The notes under the pieces: generated by a model
Seen by the model: only the letters and a program-made list of their open reading frames with translations
Told to the model about the DNA's origin: nothing
Databases searched by the model: none
DNA from: Eledone cirrhosa
Lineage: Eukaryota
Assembly (NCBI GenBank): GCA_964016885.1
Contig: CAXHJY010000710.1
Location: 22,158 to 86,157, forward strand
Direction of reading: 5' to 3'
Length of the DNA stretch: 64,000 nt
Translations under genes and position numbers: made by a program
Shown here: positions 48,102 through 63,872 of the stretch, piece after piece
Position numbering within the stretch: position 1 is the first letter of the stretch
How the letters are laid out: each line of letters opens with the position of its first letter

Positions 48102-50422
48102 TTATGTAATATTCGGCTTGTAGTGGGAAAAAAGGGTTTTAGTTCTGTGACGGCAGAATAATGTTCGTTCAATTCTGTTATTCAGCAGTTTCTTCTTGTG
48201 TGTGATTATGTAATAAATCTCAAGATTACACAATTTGCAGAAATTTTGGCTCCTGGAAAAGCTTTGGGTTTTAGCTAATTTTTCCCATTTTAGGGTAAAC
48301 TTTTGATCGCTATCCCTGAGCGTCCAAGCTTTTTCTGCTAGAGTTGTTACATTTCTTTGGCTCTGGTGTTTTATTGAGTAAGAATGCCTATAGAATCGAG
48401 ATTTAAACGATGTTGCCGTTGATCCCACGTAATACCACTCGTTGCCTCCGGATTTAATGGTACACTTATAAATAATATTTTTTTCCAGGCAGTTATTGCC
48501 GAGGGGGCAGTTGTCAGGATAGGTGCAGTTACAGTTGTGTACGTTGGGTTTTCTCTGGAGTAGTATTGCGGACGAACTTAGGTGTGGTTTATTTATGTTC
48601 TGTAGTGTATTGTCTACTGTTTTTTTGTGTTCTTTGTACTTAAGTTCTTAGTGTTTTCGTTTAACCTTCTAGTATTGATCTTTTTTATGTGTTGTTCAAG
48701 GTTTAACGCTGTAGAGTATGACAGTCTTATAGTGGTAGGGTTTAGGATTTTGTGGTATTTGTGTGATGTGGGAAAATGTCTTTTAATTATTTTAAAGAAG
48801 AGTACTGGTAAATTTGTACTAATGGAGCTATTGTATTCGGGGTTATACCATAAGTACTCTTTGCATCGCTTTCTATTAGTTTTGTTTGTTGGTTTACTGG
48901 TGTGCATACTATGGTAGTAAGTGTGGTTTGGTGTTGTGTTATTATATCTACCTATGTGGGATTTATTTTGGGTGTTTTGATTGTTCCCATCTATGTACTC
49001 TATTTTGTTGAGGTAGCCTGCTTTACTAAGGGCGTTATCGTAGTACTCGGCGTGTTCCTTAAATACTTGTATGTTAGAAGATAGACCCGAGATTCTAAGG
49101 GAAATATTTTTAGGGATAGATTTAATTATAGAGATGGGGTGGTTAGACCCAACATTTACGTATTTGAGATTTTCATTCAATTTATGAAACGGTTTAATCA
49201 AACCAGAGTTTAAATTGAGTGTGACATCCAGGAAGTTAACTACTTTAAGGTTGTATTCATATGTTATAGTTAGTCCTATTTCGAGTAGTAGTTTTCTTAT
49301 ATCTTTGCGTAGTTTTTCTAGTTTTTGGTTATTAAGGTTTTTAGCTAGGAGGAGAACATCGTCGCGGTATATTCCGCCGTGGAGATTGCTGAATTTTTCC
49401 TGGAGTCTAAAGGCGATAAATAACCCCACAATATCAGTTATTTCCGCCGAATCGTTAGAGCCCATTGTTATGTCAAAGTTAGAGGGTCTATCTTTACGTA
49501 CCCAATAACTGTTCTCAAATTTGACTATAGTTTTCCTAGCTTCTAATATAATCTTAATTTCATCGTTTGTAAGGTCAGAGTTATCCTTAGCAAACTTAAT
49601 GGCTCTATTCAAAGTTTCAGGTGATATCGATGAGTAATATTCATCGATATCAAACTGGATAAACTTAGATTTATTCTTATTGCTAATGCTATTAAACCAT
49701 CTTATTGCTTCTTGGGTCTTCCCCCAGAGTTTAATGTTAACCTTAGCCTTAATTTGGGGGATGATTCTATCTAAGATATATTTGCTTATTTTACCTATAT
49801 CTGATTTAGAGGGGCAGATTAATCTAATTTTAGGGTCATTATCAAAGTTTACCTTGTGGTCCTTAAGATTGAAGGTGGGTACCGCCGGTAAGAGTGGTCC
49901 TGTCCTATCTTCGATTCCGAGATTTTTCACTATTTCGCATGCCTCATCATTGATGTGCTTAAGGGTTACTTCACTCGTTTTTCTATATTTTTTATGTAAT
50001 TCTTTTCGAATGAAGTTGTTGTATGTAGTGCAATCCATAGTGTACAGGTTTGATGTTTTGTCCGCTTTTACTACAATTCCTTTGTTGTTTTTAAGGTCGT
50101 CCAGTAGTTTTTTTATATCTTTCTGTAATTTGCTGTTGGTGTTGCGTCCTTTGAATTTAATTTTAAGGATTAAGTTCATAAGGTCCTGCTCAAATGCATC
50201 TAATAGTGGGTTGGTGGGTGGGTTTTTACAAGTCCTAAAACCGAATTTGTTGTTTACACCACTTTCTAATGTTGAGTTCATACGGCTTCTATCATAGTGG
50301 AGCGTTTTCCACCTGACACGTCGAATGAATTCATTAGTTTTTTGAATCATGCTCAATAAATATTCCCTTCTACCCTGGGTTGGTATGTTTTTGAGTGACA
50401 TATCCAGGTAGTGTTTTTCCAT
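48102..50422 (-). pseudogene. Naiad RT-GIY-YIG polyprotein, 1-bp frameshift
   Basis: Near identical to the plus-strand copy. A7 instead of A8 at ~48620-48626 separates RT from the endonuclease. Confidence 0.93.
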
Positions 50423-50626
50423 TGTTGTGGTTGCGTTTGCTGTGTGGGTTGCTCGACTTTACAGGAGGTAAATATACAGTATTTTCCGTTGTGTTGTAAT
50501 ATAAATATTACACACAGTAGATTATCAGCTCACGCAGAGTTTGCTCGACGGTTCCAGTTGTAGTTCCAAAAGTAATCCGGAGAAAAATAGAAAGATTTGA
50601 ATGGATACAGTTTAGTTGAAAGGAAT

Positions 50627-50743
50627 TTATTGACACGTGTTTCTATAACAGTTACTTAACCTAAAACAGCTATCTACAAACTTTTAGTTATGCAGACATT
50701 CAATATTTCAATGTTATTATTTACTGTCATTTCATCAGAATAA
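50627..50743 (-). ncRNA. Branched-stem-II hammerhead (family B)
   Basis: Reverse complement of 52477-52593 with one substitution. Confidence 0.85.
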
Positions 50744-51331
50744 TATTACTGAGGACCTATTTAGTTTTTATAGAGAATATTAGGAGGGAGGGGTGAAGTT
50801 GTTAGAAGAATAGTTGAAGGAGTGGTTTTTCGATAGCAGTGAGAATTCTTGGTGGCAGTGAGTAATTAGATTCCCATCTGTTGTTTTGACATTTTTTATA
50901 GAATATATTATTGGTTATTTTTCTAAATCTATAGAAGGATTAGAGATAGTGAAGATATGCGTGGTTGGTTTTGTGTTTGCACTTAATTAACATTCAGACT
51001 TAAATTTTTCTTTCAAGTGTACGTATCCTTTCACCCACGCATTCACACACAAATATATTTGCACACCTCTACAAAATACATATACACACAATTCACATAT
51101 TCATACTTACATATATATACACATGCATACACATATATATACACACATGTATTCATGTACATACATACGCGCTCATGTGTATACATTTTCATACTCAACT
51201 TATCTTTATATACACACACGTATAGACACACACATATATACATACATACTCTAGTCCATGTGTACACACATACACATACATACACATCCATATACACATA
51301 TATACATACACATATATACATACATATATAC

Positions 51332-51372
<41 letters not shown>

Positions 51373-51847
51373 CATACATACACAAACATACATATACACG
51401 CATATACATATATATATATATATAAGCACTTTAATACATGAATACACTTACATCTAACTATACACATCAAACATATATATATATTTACTTATTTATATAC
51501 ATTTTCACATATATATACATACTTATGGACGTTTTTAGACACATTCATATAAACCTTAATCTAGTTAGAAAAATATAAAAACAATCTCTTCTCAACATAT
51601 ATTAATAACCTTAAATTACCATACTAATAATGAAAAGATATGCTGATGAGAATAGGTACAAATATGCGATAATGAATGTGTCTAAAAACGTCCATAAGTA
51701 TGTATATATATGTGAAAATGTATATAAATAAGTAAATATATATATATGTTTGATGTGTATAGTTAGATGTAAGTGTATTCATGTATTAAAGTGCTTATAT
51801 ATATATATATATGTATATGTGTGTATATGTATGTTTGTGTATGTATG

Positions 51848-51888
<41 letters not shown>

Positions 51889-52476
51889 GTATATATGTAT
51901 GTATATATGTGTATGTATATATGTGTATATGGATGTGTATGTATGTGTATGTGTGTACACATGGACTAGAGTATGTATGTATATATGTGTGTGTCTATAC
52001 GTGTGTGTATATAAAGATAAGTTGAGTATGAAAATGTATACACATGAGCGCGTATGTATGTACATGAATACATGTGTGTATATATATGTGTATGCATGTG
52101 TATATATATGTAAGTATGAATATGTGAATTGTGTGTATATGTATTTTGTAGAGGTGTGCAAATATATTTGTGTGTGAATGCGTGGGTGAAAGGATACGTA
52201 CACTTGAAAGAAAAATTTAAGTCTGAATGTTAATTAAGTGCAAACACAAAACCAACCACGCATATCTTCACTATCTCTAATCCTTCTATAGATTTAGAAA
52301 AATAACCAATAATATATTCTATAAAAAATGTCAAAACAACAGATGGGAATCTAATTACTCACTGCCACCAAGAATTCTCACTGCTATCGAAAAACCACTC
52401 CTTCAACTATTCTTCTAACAACTTCACCCCTTCCTCCTAATATTCTCTATAAAAACTAAATAGGTCCTCAGTAATA

Positions 52477-52593
52477 TTATTCTGATGAAATGACAGTAAA
52501 TAATAACATTGAAATATTGAATGTCTGCATAACTAAAAGTTTGTAGATAGCTGTTTTAGGTTATGTAACTGTTATAGAAACACGTGTCAATAA
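52477..52593 (+). ncRNA. Type I hammerhead with 88-nt branched stem II (family B)
   Basis: TTATT-CTGATGA-A-ATGACAGT...ACTGTTAT-A-GAAAC-ACGT-GTC-AATAA. Confidence 0.87.
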
Positions 52594-52797
52594 ATTCCTT
52601 TCAACTAAACTGTATCCATTCAAATCTTTCTATTTTTCTCCGGATTACTTTTGGAACTACAACTGGAACCGTCGAGCAAACTCTACGTGAGCTGATAATC
52701 TACTGTGTGTAATATTTATATTACAACACAACGGAAAATACTGTATATTTACCTCCTGTAAAGTCGAGCAACCCACACAGCAAACGCAACCACAACA

Positions 52798-55119
52798 ATG
52801 GAAAAACACTACCTGGATATGTCACTCAAAAACATACCAACCCAGGGTAGAAGGGAATATTTATTGAGCATGATTCAAAAAACTAATGAATTCATTCGAC
52901 GTGTCAGGTGGAAAACGCTCCACTATGATAGAAGCCGTATGAACTCAACATTAGAAAGTGGTGTAAACAACAAATTCGGTTTTAGGACTTGTAAAAACCC
53001 ACCCACCGACCCACTATTAGATGCATTTGAGTAGGACCTTATGAACTTAATCCTTAAAATTAAATTCAAAGGACGCAACACCAACAGCAAATTACAGAAA
53101 GATATAAAAAAACTACTGGACGACCTTAAAAACACCAAAGGAATTGTAGTAAAAGCGGACAAAACATCAAACCTGTACACTATGGATTGCACTACATACA
53201 ACAACTTCATTCGAAAAGAATTACATAAAAAATATAGAAAAACGAGTGAAGTAACCCTTAAGCACATCAATGATGAGGCATGCGAAATAGTGAAAAATCT
53301 CGGAATCGAAGATAGGACAGGACCACTCTTACCGGCGGTACCCACCTTCAATCTTAAGGACCACAAGGTAAACTTTGATAATGACCCTAAAATTAGATTA
53401 ATCTGCCCCTCTAAATCAGATATAGGTAAAATAAGCAAATATATCTTAGATAGAATCATCCCCCAAATTAAGGCTAAGGTTAACATTAAACTCTGGGGGA
53501 AGACCCAAGAAGCAATAAGATGGTTTAATAGCATTAGCAATAAGAATAAATCTAAGTTTATCCAGTTTGATATCGATGAATATTACTCATCGATATCACC
53601 TGAAACTTTGAATAGAGCCATTAAGTTTGCTAAGGATAACTCTGACCTTACAAACGATGAAATTAAGATTATATTAGAAGCTAGGAAAACTATAGTCAAA
53701 TTTGAGAACAGTTATTGGGTACGTAAAGATAGACCCTCTAACTTTGACATAACAATGGGCTCTAACGATTCGGCGGAAATAACTGATATTGTGGGGTTAT
53801 TTATCGCCTTTAGACTCCAGGAAAAATTCAGCAATCTCCACGGCGGAATATACCGCGACGATGTTCTCCTCCTAGCTAAAAACCTTAATAACCAAAAACT
53901 AGAAAAACTACGCAAAGATATAAGAAAACTACTACTCGAAATAGGACTAACTATAACATATGAATACAACCTTAAAGTAGTTAACTTCCTGGATGTCACA
54001 CTCAATTTAAACTCTGGTTTGATTAAACCGTTTCATAAATTGAATGAAAATCTCAAATACGTAAATGTTGGGTCTAACCACCCCATCTCTATAATTAAAT
54101 CTATCCCTAAAAATATTTCCCTTAGAATCTCGGGTCTATCTTCTAACATACAAGTATTTAAGGAACACGCCGAGTACTACGATAACGCCCTTAGTAAAGC
54201 AGGCTACCTCAACAAAATAGAGTACATAGATGGGAACAATCAAAACACCCAAAATAAATCCCACATAGGTAGATATAATAACACAACACCAAACCACACT
54301 TACTACCATAGTATGCACACCAGTAAACCAACAAACAAAACTAATAGAAAGCGATGCAAAGAGTACTTATGGTATAACCCCGAATACAATAGCTCCATTA
54401 GTACAAATTTACCAGTACTCTTCTTTAAAATAATTAAAAGACATTTTCCCACATCACACAAATACCACAAAATCCTAAACCCTACCACTATAAGACTGTC
54501 ATACTCTACAGCGTTAAACCTTGAACAACACATAAAAAAGATCAATACTAGAAGGTTAAACGAAAACACTAAGAACTTAAGTACAAAGAACACAAAAAAA
54601 ACAGTTGACAATATACTACAGAACATAAATAAACCACACCTAAGTTCGTCCGCAATACTACTCCAGAGAAAACCCAACGTACACAACTGTAACTGCACCT
54701 ATCCTGACAACTGCCCCCTCGGCAATAACTGCCTGGAAAAAAATATTATTTATAAGTGTACCATTAAATCCGGAGGCAACGAGTGGTATTACGTGGGATC
54801 AACGGCAACATCGTTTAAATCTCGATTCTATAGGCATTCTTACTCAATAAAACACCAGAGCCAAAGAAATGTAACAACCCTAGCAGAAAAAGCTTGGACG
54901 CTCAGGGATAGCGATCAAAAGTTTACCCTAAAATGGGAAAAATTAGCTAAAACCCAAAGCTTTTCCAGGAGCCAAAATTTCTGCAAATTGTGTAATCTTG
55001 AGATTTATTACATAATCACACACAAGAAGAAACTGCTGAATAACAGAATTGAACGAACATTATTCTGCCGTCACAGAACTAAAACCCTTTTTTCCCACTA
55101 CAAACCGAATATTACATAA
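52798..55119 (+). pseudogene. Naiad RT-GIY-YIG polyprotein (773 codons), single in-frame TAG
   Basis: SLKNIP, RVRWK, KADKTSNLY, IRLICPSKSDIGKISK, FDIDEYYSSI, FDITMGSNDSAEITDIVGLF, IYRDD, CNC..CPL..CL..NIIYKC..YVGST..FKSRFYRH, CKLCNLE. CAG>TAG at 53032 (CAG in the minus copy). Confidence 0.95.
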
Positions 55120-55438
55120 AAGAGGGACATCCCCCAACTATATAAACCTTAATCTAGTTAGAAAAATATAAAAACAATCTCTTCTCAACATATATTAATA
55201 ACCTTAAATTACCATACTAATAATGAAAAGATATGCTGATGAGAATAGGTACAAATATGCGATAATGAATGTGTCTAAAAACGTCCATAAGTATGTATAT
55301 ATATGTGAAAATGTATATAAATAAGTAAATATATATATATGTTTGATGTGTATAGTTAGATGTAAGTGTATTCATGTATTAAAGTGCTTATATATATATA
55401 TATGTATATGTGTGTATATGTATGTTTGTGTATGTATG

Positions 55439-55483
<45 letters not shown>

Positions 55484-56071
55484 GTATATATGTATGTATA
55501 TATGTGTATGTATATATGTGTATTTGGATGTGTATGTATGTGTATGTGTGTACACATGGACTAGAGTATGTATGTATATATGTGTGTGTCTATACGTGTG
55601 TGTATATAAAGATAAGTTGAGTATGAAAATGTATACACATGAGCGCGTATGTATGTACATGAATACATGTGTGTATATATATGTGTATGCATGTGTATAT
55701 ATATGTAAGTATGAATATGTGAATTGTGTGTATATGTATTTTGTAGAGGTGTGCAAATATATTTGTGTGTGAATGCGTGGGTGAAAGGATACGTACACTT
55801 GAAAGAAAAATTTAAGTCTGAATGTTAATTAAGTGCAAACACAAAACCAACCACGCATATCTTCACTATCTCTAATCCTTCTATAGATTTAGAAAAATAA
55901 CCAATAATATATTCTATAAAAAATGTCAAAACAACAGATGGGAATCTAATTACTCACTGCCACCAAGAATTCTCACTGCTATCGAAAAACCACTCCTTCA
56001 ACTATTCTTCTAACAACTTCACCCCTCCCTCCTAATATTCTCTATAAAAACTAAATAGGTCCTCAGTAATA

Positions 56072-56188
56072 TTATTCTGATGAAATGACAGTAAATAATA
56101 ACATTGAAATATTGAATGTCTGCATAACTAAAAGTTTGTAGATAGCTGTTTTAGGTTATGTAACTGTTATAGAAACACGTGTCAATAA
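56072..56188 (+). ncRNA. Branched-stem-II hammerhead (family B)
   Basis: Direct copy of 52477-52593. Confidence 0.87.
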
Positions 56189-56343
56189 ATTCCTTTCAAC
56201 TAAACTGTATCCATTCAAATCTTTCTATTTTTCTCCGGATTACTTTTGGAACTACAACTGGAACCGTCGAGCAAACTCTACGTGAGCTGATAATCTACTG
56301 TGTGTAATATTTATATTACAACACAACGGAAAATACTGTATAT

Positions 56344-57427
<1,084 letters not shown>

Positions 57428-57662
57428 TTAGAAACACACAGATACATGCGGACGCACACATATATACATGAATGCATCCGCACCCAACTGTGAGTTAAGG
57501 GTGCCAACTTCACCGATGTTGCTCAATGAATGACTGGGACAGACCAATTCAGTTTGAACTAGACTGAACCAGTATCAGAGTTAAAAATACATTATGAAGA
57601 GAGAAGAAACATTTAGATATAATTAGTAATAAAATGTATCATACCTAAACTGTTCCTAAATT

Positions 57663-57748
57663 CCTCGACTACGTAGTTTCGTGGCATAAACAAAAACAAT
57701 ATATCAAAGATATAGAGTCCTTGCGAGGTCTGCCGACTTATCAAGAGG
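57663..57748 (-). ncRNA. Type I HHR, U3-A8 core, 57-nt stem II
   Basis: CCTC-TTGATAA-GTCGGCA...TGCCAC-GAAA-CT-ACGT-AG-TC-GAGG. Confidence 0.85.
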
Positions 57749-58253
57749 ATACCTCATTTTACTAGTCTCAAGAACGCGTCTACACGACGTGAGAAAGAAT
57801 CCCAAAAGGCGGAGGGGGAGATAGTCACGCGATATAACGGTCGAGAAACAGAGCTAAGCCTCTTATAACCACGAAGAAAATACCACGGAGGCGGAGGGGG
57901 TATTCATATCGAGGCCGTAGAAGAGGTAGTGAAGAAGGCGAGAAGTATGAGTAATGGAAGCCTTCCAGTTGTCCCCACACCTCAAAGATTGCTCGACCAG
58001 AGGGAGTTATTAATATATTTAGAAACACACAGATACATGCGGACGCACACATATATACATGAATGCATCCGCACCCAACTGTGAGTTAAGGGTGCCAACT
58101 TCACCGATGTTGCTCAATGAATGACTGGGACAGACCAATTCAGTTTGAACTAGACTGAACCAGTATCAGAGTTAAAAATACATTATGAAGAGAGAAGAAA
58201 CATTTAGATATAATTAGTAATAAAATGTATCATACCTAAACTGTTCCTAAATT

Positions 58254-58339
58254 CCTCGACTACGTAGTTTCGTGGCATAAACAAAAACAATATATCAAAG
58301 ATATAGAGTCCTTGCGAGGTCTGCCGACTTATCAAGAGG
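58254..58339 (-). ncRNA. Same HHR, unit 2
   Basis: Copy 591 bp from the first. Confidence 0.85.
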
Positions 58340-58844
58340 ATACCTCATTTTACTAGTCTCAAGAACGCGTCTACACGACGTGAGAAAGAATCCCAAAAGG
58401 CGGAGGGGGAGATAGTCACGCGATATAACGGTCGAGAAACAGAGCTAAGCCTCTTATAACCACGAAGAAAATACCACGGAGGCGGAGGGGGTATTCATAT
58501 CGAGGCCGTAGAAGAGGTAGTGAAGAAGGCGAGAAGTATGAGTAATGGAAGCCTTCCAGTTGTCCCCACACCTCAAAGATTGCTCGACCAGAGGGAGTTA
58601 TTAATATATTTAGAAACACACAGATACATGCGGACGCACACATATATACATGAATGCATCCGCACCCAACTGTGAGTTAAGGGTGCCAACTTCACCGATG
58701 TTGCTCAATGAATGACTGGGACAGACCAATTCAGTTTGAACTAGACTGAACCAGTATCAGAGTTAAAAATACATTATGAAGAGAGAAGAAACATTTAGAT
58801 ATAATTAGTAATAAAATGTATCATACCTAAACTGTTCCTAGTAT

Positions 58845-58930
58845 CCTCTTGATAAGTCGGCAGACCTCGCAAGGACTCTATATCTTTGATATATTGTTTT
58901 TGTTTATGCCACGAAACTACGTAGTCGAGG
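58845..58930 (+). ncRNA. Same HHR in the inverted segment
   Basis: Read directly on the plus strand. Confidence 0.85.
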
Positions 58931-59003
58931 AATTTAGGAACAGTTTAGGTATGATACATTTTATTACTAATTATATCTAAATGTTTCTTCTCTCTTCATA
59001 ATG

Positions 59004-60845
<1,842 letters not shown>

Positions 60846-60846
<1 letters not shown>

Positions 60847-63825
60847 TTATATTTGGGGAGGGTCATATTTGCGTAATATTGCCAGAATTAATAACAGAAC
60901 ACACTCACTGTTTGGTTGGTTTTCGCTTCTCGCTGTCTTTTATATATATATATCTGCGATCTAACTTACTCGGTCCTCAATGTTGCCATTGACTGACCGG
61001 CGGTCAAAAATAATACAGATACAATATAGACAAACACATATATATATAGTTTACATAAATCTTTCGTTGCACATCTGCAACATCGTCAGTGGTGTTATAT
61101 TCATTGTTCCTCCTGTTGTGTTGTATGTCTACGCCATTTTTTTTGTTCAGTCTGTCTATATATTTATTTATTTATTTGCTTGTTTGTTTATCTTATTTTA
61201 TTTTGTCTTCTTTGCGCATGCGTTTGCGTGTGTGTATAGTGTTATGTGTGATGTGTGACTAGTGTGTATAGTGTTGTGTCTGCTGGGTGACTAGTGTGTG
61301 TTTATGTGCTTGTGTATGTATTTATTTATCTTATTTTATTTAATTTAATTTACTTATTTATTTATACTTCTCTTAGGTCAGTGTTGTTTGTTTGGGTGTT
61401 GTTGTTGTTCCACTCATTCTTTCTGTTTAGCTTTGGTCTTCTAATTTCTATTTCACTGGCCTCTCTGATTTGCCTATCTGCTGGGTCATTCCTATGTTTA
61501 GATATTATTCTAATTTCTATGTTGTCTATGTTACCGTCATGATGTTGTCTAGCATGTTCGTATAGTACTGACCCGTTTTTTCGTCCTTTTAGTTCCCCCC
61601 AGTGTTGGTCTATCCTTTCACCTATGCTACGAGCTGTCTCACCTATGTATGTTGTTGTCGTGTTTCTGCAAGTACCCTCTGTACATCTTATGCTATAGAC
61701 TACGTTTCTAGTTTTACAGTTTATCCGGGGGTTCACCTTACATATGATACATTTCCTATTGGTACAGTGGGTTTTCTTAAAAGGGTAGGTTTTGCTGATC
61801 AGGGATTTTATGGTGGTTCCTGGCTTTTCTACCACCTTTATTTTTAAGTGGGTCTTTCTCAGGGCCTTTCTACACTGGTTAGCTAATTTCCCTCCAGGGG
61901 TGGCGTCCACAAACATGACACTCTGATATCTCTGGTTGTCGTACCATGATGTGGCCTTCCCTATCTTATGTCTAGCCCTATCTAAGCTATTCCATGATTT
62001 GCTCCTGTATAGTGGGCAAATTCCTTTCATGTCCAGTTCTATGAGGGTCTTATACTGTTCCATGGCTCCTTCGTATACTCTGACTCTGTCTCTTTGGTTG
62101 TAGCCAGAGAACTGCATGCGGTTGATGAAGTGTTGGATGTGTCCTTCCATTTCTGTTGGGTCGCACATGCTGGACACATTCTTCATCACTCGTACCAAAT
62201 CTGCGATCAGAATATTAAACTTAGCACTACTGGACATTGCTGAGTTTTTGAGTATCAGGTATTTGGAGGCCATGGGTTTAGCATAGTGTGAGTGGAGAAT
62301 TTGGGCTCTCTCGTCTATAGTGTTAATCCAGAGTTCTGTGTCTAATACAGGTAGTCTATTGTTAGGGTGTTTGGAAGGGAAGTCTATAGTTACAGTTATA
62401 CTCTGGTGTATGGAATTAGCTATCTGCTGGATGCTTTCCATCGTGCTACGTTCTAAATCAAACTTGTTAGTGCTCTCTAGTGGGGGTGTTCTTATAACTA
62501 TATTGATATCGTCTACATAACGAGAGTACATGATGAGGTCTATGGAGCTTTCATTAAGGAGATCTTTAAGTCTCCTTTCCCACCATACCATGAAAAGGTT
62601 GGCAACATCGCCAGCTATGCTTTCGCCGATGGCTGCTCCCTCATTTTGGGTGTAGATTTTCTCATTGAACTTAAATATGTGGCCCTTTAGGGTAGTTTTG
62701 ATACTAGCCCCTATTGCATGTGCGACCATTTTTCTTACCTGATCAGTGTTTTGGGGGGTCCGTATAGCTTTGGTCCACCCAATCCACCTTCCTATGGGAG
62801 TCTTTTTAGCCATTGAGGTTATGGTGGGGGGTCTACCTCTTATAGGTCTACTAGGGCAGAAACATCTAAGGTCATGGCTGTCTAGGTAGTCAGTGTCGTA
62901 GGTAAGTCTAAGTAGGAGGCCCAGTTCGTCTGTGTCGACGTCGCAGAACTCCACCTCACTCTCAATGATCATCTCCACACATCTTTTCACAGCAAAATCA
63001 ATGTTAATGGATGGGTACAGTGACACCACATCCATGCTGCCTATTATGCAGTTGGATAGGCTCCTGTTTTTGTTGCACTCACTGATTCTGCTGAGGAGGT
63101 CCTCTGTACTTTCACATACATCTGGGGACATCTTGATTATGGGGCGCATAACCATTGAGAGGAAGTAGGAGATCCTGTAGTTGCTAGCTATATTAGCTCC
63201 GCATACAGGTCTTGTTGGTGGTCCTATTGTCGGGTCGTCGACTGTCTTGTGGTCTTTGCGGAGCCCATACAAGGGTGGTATGCCATTGTTAGACGCCTGG
63301 AAGTTGTTGGCAGTGCGTCTGCTTGGCTTTAGGATGTCAGTCCACATCATCATGTGAGCGTTGAGGATTTTTTCTCTCCCATCGTGTGTTAGTTGTGCAA
63401 CTTCGCTCGTGTTGGTGATGTGGGGTTGCATTGCCTCGATGTAGTTCGGCATGCTATCTATTGACATCCTACCAGACTTATCTGTGGGTAGACACACTAC
63501 CTCACCATCCCTTGTGCGCTGCTTGAGGCTAACCAAGCCTTCTACAGGTTTTATCCCAAGTTGTTGGGCCTCTGATCTGCTCTGTCTCATAGTGTACCTG
63601 TCTACTACTTGTCTAATCTTATTTCTAGCTATGGTGAACTGTGCCTCCGTCTCGTCATCTATTTGTTGTGGTATGCGAGAAGCGAAAACCAACCAAACAG
63701 TGAGTGTGTTCTGTTATTCATTCTGGCAATATTACGCAAATATGACCCTCCCCAAATATAACAATATCTGTTTCGACACACGATTTCATATAAAAAACCT
63801 CGCAAAACTAATTCATCGCCGCTAT
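60846..63825 (-). mobile_element. Neptune-like PLE, 5'-truncated, with inverted terminal pLTR fragment (63676-63825)
   Basis: Minus-strand ORF and ~515-nt 3' UTR with an HHR-like motif at 61053-61093. 63676-63762 is the reverse complement of 60846-60933. Confidence 0.88.
61362..63675 (-). CDS. PLE reverse transcriptase + Cys-rich linker + GIY-YIG endonuclease (open frame, N-terminus lost)
   Basis: [118 protein letters not shown]. Clade assignment is tentative. Confidence 0.9.
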
Positions 63826-63841
63826 ATACATATATATATAC

Positions 63842-63872
<31 letters not shown>

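Larger units (their letters stand above)
46989..56343. mobile_element. Naiad-type PLE family B: head-to-head pair of partial-tandem copies forming a ~9.3-kb palindrome
   Basis: Left arm 46989-51548 (-), right arm 51549-56343 (+), unpaired spacer 51549-51671. Unit ~3595 bp by HHR-to-HHR distance, four HHR copies, TA arrays both sides. Confidence 0.95.

Noticed and set aside
53032-53034. In-frame stop as recoding (cf. selenoprotein Naiads)
   Set aside because: The codon is TAG, not TGA, at a Gln position that is CAG in the sister copy, so it is a point mutation.
49215-54698. Antisense ORFs (205 aa, 97 aa, 131 aa) over the PLE ORFs
   Set aside because: Shadow frames of the real coding strand with no motifs.
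57825-58052. 75-aa ORF in the 591-bp repeat
   Set aside because: Short, motif-less, non-ATG start, and it spans the unit junction.
63760-63825. Antisense HHR-like GCGATGA...GAAACAGATATTGTT
   Set aside because: Non-canonical core, no convincing stem I or II, and the wrong strand relative to the ORF.
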